DNA of 64,000 nucleotides from an uncultured Gemmatimonadales bacterium (GTDB lineage Bacteria > Gemmatimonadota > Gemmatimonadetes > Longimicrobiales > Longimicrobiaceae), in NCBI GenBank assembly GCA_963716255.1, contig OY970303.1, forward strand, positions 5,312,001 to 5,376,000, written 5' to 3'. The position numbers were made by a program, and so were the translations under genes. A model generated the notes under the pieces. It did no database searches. It saw only the letters and a list, made by a program, of their open reading frames with translations, and was not told where the DNA came from. Positions 34,070 to 41,424 of the stretch are shown here, piece after piece. Within the stretch, counting starts at the first letter, position 1. Each line of letters starts with the position of its first letter.

Positions 34070-35641
34070 ATGAAACTGCTGATCGTCGGTGGCGGAACCG
34101 CCGGCTGGATGACCGCGTCGTACCTTTCCAAGGCGTTCACGGACGTGGACATCACGCTCGTCGAGTCGGGGGTGGTGAAGACCGTCGGCGTGGGCGAGGC
34201 CACGTTCAGCACGCTGAAGCTCTTCTTCGACTTCCTCGACCTGCGCGAGAGCGACTGGATGCCGCACTGCAGCGCGGGCTACAAGCTGGCGATCCGCTTC
34301 CAGAACTGGACCAAGGCGAAGACCCACTTCTACCACCCGTTCCAGCGCTACGAGACGGCCGGCGGAATGACGGCGGCGGAGTGGTGGCTGAAGCTGCGGA
34401 ACGGGGAGCCGTTCGACTATTCCTGCTTCGTGACCCCGCACATCTGCGACGCGATGCGCTCGCCCCGCTTCCTGGACGGGACCGTCTACGACGAGGACGT
34501 CCAGGAATACTTCGACGACGGAAAGCCCGTCCCCAACGCGATCATCGTCGGCCACAAGGTCCAGTACCCCTACGCCTACCACTTCAACGCCGCGGAGCTC
34601 GCGCTGTACCTGCAGGGCTACGCGACCGACCGCGGCGTGAAGCGGATCGTCGACGACGTGACGGAGGTCGCCCTGGACGAGCAGGGCAACATCGCGGGCG
34701 TGCACACGAAGGAGAGCGGCTTCCTCTCGGCGGACCTGTACGTCGACTGCACCGGTTTCCGCGGGCTGCTCATCAACAAGACGCTGAACGAGCCGTTCAT
34801 CAGCTTCAACGACACGCTGCTCAACGACAGCGCGATCGCCATCCAGGTGCCCAAGGACGTCGAGAAGGTGGGGATGAAGCCGTACACCACCGCGCACGCG
34901 CTGAACGCGGGGTGGTCGTGGAACATCCCGCTCTACGGGCGCGACGGCACCGGCTACGTCTACTGCAGCCAGTTCGCCAGCCCGGACGAGGCCGAGCGCG
35001 AGTTCCGGGAGTTCCTGGGGCCCGACGCAAAGGACTGCGCGGCCAACCACATCAAGATGCGCATCGGCCGCAGCCGCGACTCGTGGGTGAAGAACTGCGT
35101 GGCCATCGGCCTTTCCAGCGGGTTCGTGGAGCCGCTGGAGTCCACGGGGATCTTCTTCATCCAGCACGGGATCGAGGAGCTGGTGAACCACTTCCCGCGG
35201 GAAGCGCAGGTCGACCCGAACATGGCCCGCAGCTACAACCAGACGATCAACCAGTGCATCGACGGTGTGCGGCAGTTCCTCACGATCCACTACTGCGCGG
35301 GCGATCGTGACGACACGCCGTACTGGGTCGCCGCGAGGAACGTCCCGTTGCCGGAGGAGCTCGCGGAGCGCATGCGGATCTGGAAGGCCCGGCTCCCCGG
35401 CATCCGGAACATCTACCCGTCGTTCCACGGCTTCGAGGCGTACTCGTGGTCGGTGATGCTGCTGGGGCTCAACTACGAGCCCGACACCTACCTCGCCGCC
35501 CTGGACTACCTGGACGAGGGCCAGGCGAAGGAGATGTTCGCGCAGATCCGCAGGAAGGCGGAGTTCCTGGTGAGCTCGCTTCCCAGCCAGTACGAGTACC
35601 TGACCCACCTCCGGCAGGAGCGCTCCGGCCTCGCCGTGTGA
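34070..35641 (+). CDS. Flavin-dependent tryptophan halogenase, PyrH-like (predicted C5)
   Basis: GGGTAG FAD motif, GVGEATFST, catalytic K in YKLAIRF, QYPYAYHF, WSWNIP, FVEPLESTG, HGFEAYS. GGAGA RBS. Confidence 0.95.
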   Translation: MKLLIVGGGTAGWMTASYLSKAFTDVDITLVESGVVKTVGVGEATFSTLKLFFDFLDLRESDWMPHCSAGYKLAIRFQNWTKAKTHFYHPFQRYETAGGMTAAEWWLKLRNGEPFDYSCFVTPHICDAMRSPRFLDGTVYDEDVQEYFDDGKPVPNAIIVGHKVQYPYAYHFNAAELALYLQGYATDRGVKRIVDDVTEVALDEQGNIAGVHTKESGFLSADLYVDCTGFRGLLINKTLNEPFISFNDTLLNDSAIAIQVPKDVEKVGMKPYTTAHALNAGWSWNIPLYGRDGTGYVYCSQFASPDEAEREFREFLGPDAKDCAANHIKMRIGRSRDSWVKNCVAIGLSSGFVEPLESTGIFFIQHGIEELVNHFPREAQVDPNMARSYNQTINQCIDGVRQFLTIHYCAGDRDDTPYWVAARNVPLPEELAERMRIWKARLPGIRNIYPSFHGFEAYSWSVMLLGLNYEPDTYLAALDYLDEGQAKEMFAQIRRKAEFLVSSLPSQYEYLTHLRQERSGLAV

Positions 35642-35679
35642 GCCGCCGCCGGCGAGGTCGCCGGAGCAGGTGCTGGACG

Positions 35680-35717
35680 AAAACGAGCCCCGGCGGGTCC
35701 GACCCGGCCGGGGCTCG
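35680..35717 (-). terminator. Intrinsic terminator between the convergent halogenase and tamB genes
   Basis: Stem cgagccccggc/gccggggctcg, followed by TTTT on the minus strand. Confidence 0.65.
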
Positions 35718-35736
35718 ACGTTCATGCCGTGTAGTT

Positions 35737-35789
35737 CTCCCCCTTTCCCCCGCTTGCGGGGGAGAGGGGGCCGGGGGGTGAGGGGGCCC
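35737..35789. repeat. REP-like palindromic element (CCCTCACCCC...CCCCTCTCCC..GGG..AGGGG type)
   Basis: ctccccctttcccccgc-tt-gcgggggagaggggg-ccggggggtgagggg resembles a widespread intergenic palindromic repeat style. Only one copy is in the window. Confidence 0.6.
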
Positions 35790-35818
35790 ACCCTCGCGGA
35801 CGCCAGCGCGAAACCCGC

Positions 35819-35945
35819 GTGAGGGATTCCGGCCCGAAGGGGCGAGACCCGGCGGCTGTTTGCCGGGGCTCGACTCCGTTAGCCCGCGTCGTTTGCGGGC
35901 TTACGGAGCCGAAGCCCGACCCCGGCGCCAGCCGGGGGCACGCCC
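35819..35945. other. Multi-hairpin structured element (MITE-like or ncRNA candidate)
   Basis: Runs GTGAGGGAT...GGGCACGCCC with stems cccggc/gccggg, ctccgt-agcccgc/gcgggct-acggag and ccccggc/gccgggg. Confidence 0.5.
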
Positions 35946-35964
35946 AACCCTGCAGTTCAATGCT

Positions 35965-38900
35965 TCAGAACCGCCGCTGCCACTGGAGGAACGCCCCGAA
36001 CACGTTGGCGGTGGCCGGCGACTGGTCCACGGTCAGCGAGGGCTGCTGCGACAGGTAGCGGGGCTCCCAGCTCGTCACCCACTGGAACCCGGTGAGCGTC
36101 CGGTACTCGACGCGCACGCCCGGGAAGACGGCCGCCGTGCGCCCCTGCCCGGCGACGAACCAGCGGCTGCTCAGGTAGCGCCCCGCCTCGAACTGCGCCC
36201 CGCGGAACACGTTGAAGTAGCCCTGCAGGGCCAGCTCCGGCGGGAGCGGGGCGGGGGTGACGTTGAACACGTCCAGGTTGAGCGAGCGGCGCGCCTGCTG
36301 CTCGATCTGGTCCACCACGGTGCCCACCGCCGTGGCGCCCAGCTGCTGCGTGGCGAGCGCCCCCACGGAGCCCAGCAGGGCGCCGCCGCCGCCGGAGCCC
36401 CCGCTCAGGCTCCCGCCCGCCTGGGGCTGCAGGAGCGAGGTGGTGGACTCGCCGAAGGCGAAGTAGCTGAGCAGGTCCGATTCGGAGATTGGCGGCTGCG
36501 CGTTGCTCTGCAGCGTGAGGCGGGGCGTCTGCAGGGTGCCGCCCACCAGGAGCTGGATGGCGAAGGCGGGGCGGTTGGCGAGCCTGACCTCCTGCTCGGC
36601 CTTGAGCTGGAGGACGGGGTTGATGGGGGACTGGCCCAGGAAGAGCACGGAGCCCTGCGTCAGGCGGATGCGTCGCCCGGCGAAGGTGTACTCGCCGCGC
36701 TCGGTGTTGACGGTCCCCCGCAGCGCGAGCGCCTGCGTCGCGCGGTCCATGCTGACGGTGAGGGCCCCGGTCTCCGCCGGGGTGTAGATCTGCACGTTCG
36801 CCTGCGTGTTGCGCACCCAGGTGTCGGGGGCGATGGACACGTCCACGTCCACGCGCAGGTTGGCCAGGAGCGGGTTCTGCACGGGAAGCACCCGCAGCGC
36901 CGCGGTGTCGCCCAGCGCGGTCACGGAGGGCGCGTCGATGTCGATGCGCTCCGGCACGCCGGTCTCGGGGGCGTATATCACGCCGCGCCGCACCCGCAGC
37001 GCCCCGGTGACGCGGGCGGCGGTCCAGGGGCCGTCCAGCGCCAGGTCCGCGTCCGCCTCCACCTTGCCCATCTCGTTGTCCAGCACCCGCGCGTCGCGGG
37101 CGCTGAGCTCCAGGTCGAAGCCGGGCTGCGTGAGCGTGGCGAGGTCCAGCCCGCCCGCGACGCGGATGGTGCCGCGGCGGCTGCGGGCGGTGAGCGAGTC
37201 CACCACGGCGGTGTCGCCGGCCACCCGCACCGTGCCGGCGACGTCGCGCAGGTCCACCCCCGGCTGCACCAGCCGCAGCGACCCCAGGTCCAGGTTCACC
37301 ACGCCGCGGACGTCGGGGTCCGCCCGGGTCCCGCGCACGGCGAGCGAGCCCACCAGGCGCCCGCGCACGTCCGACACGGCGGTGGTGAAGCTGGGGAGCG
37401 CTTCCAGCGGCAGGCTGTCGGCGCGGACGTCCAGAACCAGCGGGGCGTCGGCGGCGAAGCGGGGCCCTTCCACCCCGGAGAGCGCCAGGTTCACGGGAAG
37501 GCGGCCGTCGGCGGTGAGGAGGACGCGCCCGCCCTGCGCGAGCTCGGCGTCGCCGCGCAGCACGCGGTCGGCGTAGGCGAAGCGCGCCCGGGCGTCGGGG
37601 ACGCGGACCGTGTCCACCACCGCCTCCACCAGACCGGCGGTCCCGGAGATCACCGGGTTCCGGCCGGTGCCGCGGAGCTGCGCGTCCAGGGAAAGGAGGC
37701 CGCGCACCCGGAGCGAGTCCTGCACCAGCGCGAGCACGTCGCCCACCTGGAGGCGGTCCACCGCCAGGCGCAGGTCCGCCGGCCCCTCGGTGGGGAGGCG
37801 GCCGTCGGCGTAGATGCGCCCGCCGTCGCCGCTCAGCAGCTCCACGTCCCGCACCTCAACCCCGCTCCCGGCCCAGCTCACGGCGCCGGGGTGGGGCGCG
37901 CGCCAGGTGGTGGTGTCGAAGCGCAGGGCGAGCTCGGAGTAGCGCACCTCGCTGCGCTCCGGCGACAGCGCGAAGGCGGCGGTGGCGCGGTAGTCGCGCC
38001 GCGGGTCCTGCCGCACCCGCAGGTCGACGGTGCCGTTCCCCGCCGCGCGGCTCCCGGCGTAGCGCACCCGCGCGCCCACGCTGTCCAGGTCGAAGCCGGC
38101 CGCCCGCACCCGGTCCAGCTGCGCGTCCAGCGACAGGTCGGAGCGCGGGGTGGGCGCGTTCAGCCAGGTGTACGCCACCCGCCCGCTGCCCACGGAGCTC
38201 CCGAAGGCGACCAGCTCGCGCATGGCCGCCGTGCCGCGCAGGTCGAAGCGCTCGACGTTGCCGGCCAGCGTCCCGGACGCCTCCAGGCTCCCCGACAGCG
38301 AGTCGCGGGCGATGGCCTGCGCGGTGTCCACCTGCAGGCGGGGCTCCGCCGGCAGGCCGGTGGCGGCGCGCTCCACCTCGGTCGCACGGGCCACGCGCAG
38401 CGAGTCCGCGCGCGCCTGCTCGACGGCGCGCGCGATGCCGGCGGGGCGGGGGCGGACCCGGGCGGTGTCGGCGGGGACCAGGCCTGCGAAGCGGGCGAGG
38501 GTGTCCACCCGCACGCGGTAGGCAAGCGTCCCGCTGCGCCCCGCCACCAGCCCGAAGCTCCCCTGCGCCTCGGCCAGCGCCGAGCCCAGCCGCACCGTGC
38601 CGCGCTCCACGCTGGCGAGCCCGCCCGCCAGGCGCGCGAGGAGGCGCACCTCGTCCACGTCGGTGGTTCCCACCCGCGCGCCCGCGAGGTCGGCCGCGAG
38701 CGTCGCGCTCAGGGTGGCGGGGTCGGTGCCGCGCCCCACGGCGGAGGCGGTTCCGTTGAGCCGCGTGGCCGGGGCGCGGAGCGTCACCGCGTTCGCGTCG
38801 AACTCCGCGAAGCGCGCCCGCACGTCGTACGACCGGGCGGGGCTCGCCAGGTCCAGGCGGCCGTCCGCGTCCACCCGGCCGCCCTGCTCCACCGCCAGCC

Positions 38901-41424
38901 CGGCCGAAAAGGCCAGGTCGCGCAGGGTCCCGGTGGCGCGCAGGCTCCCGGTGGCGCTCCCGTGCAGCTGGGCGGCGGGGGCGAAGCGCCCCACCGTCGC
39001 TAAGGCGAGGGGGAGCGCCCGCACGTCCACAGCGAAGCGCCCGCCCTCCCCGAACGGGATGCCCGCGTCCCCCACCAGCCGCGAGCGCCCCGTGGGCGCC
39101 TCGTGCGTCACGTCGCCGCTCACCGCCAGCCGCGTCGCGGTGGAGCCGTTCACCGTCGCGCGGCCGGACAGGAAGCCGGCCAGGGGGAGGTCGGGGTTGA
39201 AGGCGCGCACCAGCGCCGTCTGCAGCGGGTCGAAGCGCAGCCGCAGGTCGCGGGCGCGGAACGCTTCCCCGAAGCCGACGCCGCCCGCGGCCACCAGGTG
39301 GGAGCGCCCGGTCTCCGCGCCGGCGTGCACCAGGTCCGCGGCGACGCGCATGTCGGCGGGGGTGCCGCTCAGCCTCGCCGTCCCCTCCACCGTGCCGCCC
39401 AGCGCCAGGTCCGGCTTGAAGGCCCGGGCCAGCGCCACCTGCAGCGGGTCGAAGCGCAGCCGCAGGTCGTTGGCCCGGAACACGTCGCCGAAGGCGACGC
39501 CGCCGCTCGCCACCAGGCGGGAGCGGCCCGTGGGCGCGCTGCGGTGCACCAGGTCCGCGGCGAGGCGCAGGTTCTCCGGCGTGCCGTTGAGGGTGGCCGT
39601 TCCCTCCACCGTCCCCTCCAGCGCCAGGTCCGGCTTGAAGGCCCGGGCCAGCGCCACCTGCACCGGGTCGAAGCGCAGCCGCAGGTCCCGCGCGCGGAAC
39701 GTCTCGCCGAAGGCCACGCCGCCGCTGGCGACCAGGCGGGAGCGGCCGGTAGGCGCGCTCCTGTGCACCAGGTCCGCGGCCAGGCGCAGGTCTTCCGGCC
39801 TCCCGTTCAGCGTCGCCGTCCCTTCCAGCGTCCCGCCCAGCGGGAGGTCGGGCTTGAAGGCGCGGGCGAGGGCGACCTGGAGCGGGTCCAGGCGCACCTC
39901 CAGGTCGCGGGCCGCGAAGCCGCCGGGGCGGCGGACGACCTCCCCGTCGGCGAGCACGCGGGAGCGGCCGACGGACGCGTCCCGGTGCGCCAGGTCGGCG
40001 CGGAAGTCGAACCCCGTGCGCGTGCTCCCGGTGAGGACGGCGCTGCCGGTGATGGCCCCGCCCACCGGGATGTCGGTCCCCGCGGCGCTCGCCAGCGCCA
40101 GCTGCACCGGGGCGAAGCGGAGCCGCAGCCGCTCGGCGCGGAAGCCGTCCCCGGTGCCCACCACGCCGTCCGCCAGGACCCGGCTGGTCCCCGAGGCGCG
40201 CTCGGTGAAGGCCACGTCGCCGTCCACGCGCAGCGCCTCGGGGCGCCCGGCGAGCGCCACCCGCCCGTCCAGCGTCCCCTCGCGCGGCGAGTCCACCGCG
40301 GGCGCGAGGCGGCGGATCAGCCGGGTGTCCAGCGACGCGAAGCGCACGTCGCTGGGGCCCAGGCGCAGCGAGTCGCCGAAGGTGACGTCCAGGTACCCGG
40401 CCAGCCGCGCGCGCTCCACCGACAGCGCCACCTGCCGCGCCACCACGCGGGTGCGCTCGCCCCGCCGGGTGAGGCCCAGCCGCAGGCTCCCCCCGCCGCG
40501 CTCCGGGAGCGGGAGGTAGGCCCAGCGCAGGTCCGCCAGCGCCAGCCGCGGCACCACGGCGGACGCCACGAGGTCGCCGTTGCCCACGTCGTACGTGCCG
40601 TCCAGCGTCGCCTGCGAGCCGGGGAGCGCCACCCGCAGCCGCTGCACGGTGACCGTGTCGCCGCTCTTGACGATGCGCCCGGCGAGGTCGCGCACGTCGG
40701 CGGCGGGGGGGCGGAAGGGGAGGGCGAGCATGCTCAGCCGCCCCACGTCGAACACCATGGCGGCGCTGTCTGGGTGCGCCAGCCGCAGCCGGTCGAAGCG
40801 GCCGTCGAGCCGCCGGTAGTCCTGGATGCTCTGGAAGCCGCGGGGCACGCGGACGACGAGCTGCCGGTTGGCCGTGGAGAGCGCGGCGGCGATGGCGCTG
40901 TCGCGCGCGGCGCCGCGGAGCGAGTCGGCCGGGAGCCACTCGTTGCGCACCAGCACGCGCCCGTCCGCCACCTCCAGGCCGCGCACGGAGATCCAGGCGC
41001 CGAACCCCTGCCGCGTGGGCGGCTTGGTGGTGTCGCTGGGGAAGATGCGGGCGAAGTTCCAGGCCAGCCCCGGCTGACGGTCCAGCACCACCACCGGGCG
41101 CACCAGCCGCACGTCCGCCAGCTCGATTCGCCGGCTCAGCAGCGGGAGGAGCGAGTAGCCCACCGCCACGGTGTCCGCGCGGAAGAAGGGAGCCCCCGTG
41201 CTGTCGGTGATGACCAGCCCGGCGATGCGCGCGCCGGAAAGCAGGTTGCCCTGCACCGGGCCCACCTGGACGATGCCGTGCGCGCTCGCCTGCAGCTTGG
41301 CGGTCACGAAGCGGCGCACCCGCTCGCGCCCGCTGTCGGTCTGCGTCACGAACACCAGGATGGCGGCGACCACCACCACCAGGGTGGCCAGGGCGCCGAG
41401 CACCACCTTCGCCCAGCGCGGCAT
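35965..41424 (-). CDS. tamB: Translocation/assembly module TamB-family protein (~1819 aa)
   Basis: ATG 41424 overlaps the upstream TGA. N-terminal TM anchor (VVLGALATLVVVVAAILVFV), AsmA-like beta-rich body, and DUF490-like C-terminus (GTLQTPRLTLQS.PPISESDLLSY.AFG; EAGRYL). Confidence 0.88.
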   Translation of the reverse strand: MPRWAKVVLGALATLVVVVAAILVFVTQTDSGRERVRRFVTAKLQASAHGIVQVGPVQGNLLSGARIAGLVITDSTGAPFFRADTVAVGYSLLPLLSRRIELADVRLVRPVVVLDRQPGLAWNFARIFPSDTTKPPTRQGFGAWISVRGLEVADGRVLVRNEWLPADSLRGAARDSAIAAALSTANRQLVVRVPRGFQSIQDYRRLDGRFDRLRLAHPDSAAMVFDVGRLSMLALPFRPPAADVRDLAGRIVKSGDTVTVQRLRVALPGSQATLDGTYDVGNGDLVASAVVPRLALADLRWAYLPLPERGGGSLRLGLTRRGERTRVVARQVALSVERARLAGYLDVTFGDSLRLGPSDVRFASLDTRLIRRLAPAVDSPREGTLDGRVALAGRPEALRVDGDVAFTERASGTSRVLADGVVGTGDGFRAERLRLRFAPVQLALASAAGTDIPVGGAITGSAVLTGSTRTGFDFRADLAHRDASVGRSRVLADGEVVRRPGGFAARDLEVRLDPLQVALARAFKPDLPLGGTLEGTATLNGRPEDLRLAADLVHRSAPTGRSRLVASGGVAFGETFRARDLRLRFDPVQVALARAFKPDLALEGTVEGTATLNGTPENLRLAADLVHRSAPTGRSRLVASGGVAFGDVFRANDLRLRFDPLQVALARAFKPDLALGGTVEGTARLSGTPADMRVAADLVHAGAETGRSHLVAAGGVGFGEAFRARDLRLRFDPLQTALVRAFNPDLPLAGFLSGRATVNGSTATRLAVSGDVTHEAPTGRSRLVGDAGIPFGEGGRFAVDVRALPLALATVGRFAPAAQLHGSATGSLRATGTLRDLAFSAGLAVEQGGRVDADGRLDLASPARSYDVRARFAEFDANAVTLRAPATRLNGTASAVGRGTDPATLSATLAADLAGARVGTTDVDEVRLLARLAGGLASVERGTVRLGSALAEAQGSFGLVAGRSGTLAYRVRVDTLARFAGLVPADTARVRPRPAGIARAVEQARADSLRVARATEVERAATGLPAEPRLQVDTAQAIARDSLSGSLEASGTLAGNVERFDLRGTAAMRELVAFGSSVGSGRVAYTWLNAPTPRSDLSLDAQLDRVRAAGFDLDSVGARVRYAGSRAAGNGTVDLRVRQDPRRDYRATAAFALSPERSEVRYSELALRFDTTTWRAPHPGAVSWAGSGVEVRDVELLSGDGGRIYADGRLPTEGPADLRLAVDRLQVGDVLALVQDSLRVRGLLSLDAQLRGTGRNPVISGTAGLVEAVVDTVRVPDARARFAYADRVLRGDAELAQGGRVLLTADGRLPVNLALSGVEGPRFAADAPLVLDVRADSLPLEALPSFTTAVSDVRGRLVGSLAVRGTRADPDVRGVVNLDLGSLRLVQPGVDLRDVAGTVRVAGDTAVVDSLTARSRRGTIRVAGGLDLATLTQPGFDLELSARDARVLDNEMGKVEADADLALDGPWTAARVTGALRVRRGVIYAPETGVPERIDIDAPSVTALGDTAALRVLPVQNPLLANLRVDVDVSIAPDTWVRNTQANVQIYTPAETGALTVSMDRATQALALRGTVNTERGEYTFAGRRIRLTQGSVLFLGQSPINPVLQLKAEQEVRLANRPAFAIQLLVGGTLQTPRLTLQSNAQPPISESDLLSYFAFGESTTSLLQPQAGGSLSGGSGGGGALLGSVGALATQQLGATAVGTVVDQIEQQARRSLNLDVFNVTPAPLPPELALQGYFNVFRGAQFEAGRYLSSRWFVAGQGRTAAVFPGVRVEYRTLTGFQWVTSWEPRYLSQQPSLTVDQSPATANVFGAFLQWQRRF
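39030..40350 (-). repeat. Tandem 219-bp (73-aa) repeats inside tamB
   Basis: The unit anchor recurs at 39227, 39446, 39665 and 39884 (219-nt period), with a diverged copy at ~40109. Unit: LRLRFDP.Q.ALARAFKPDL.L.GT.EGTA.L.G.P..LRLAADLVH....TGRSRLVA.GGV.FG. Confidence 0.9.

Noticed and set aside
27339..35641. Pyrrolnitrin pathway (PrnA plus IDO-fold PrnB)
   Set aside because: The halogenase lacks 7-halogenase signatures, the dioxygenase has canonical IDO motifs including the GTGG loop, no prnC or prnD is present, and the genes are not in one operon.
39030..40350. CRISPR array
   Set aside because: The repeats are in-frame 219-nt coding units without unique spacers, and no cas genes are present.
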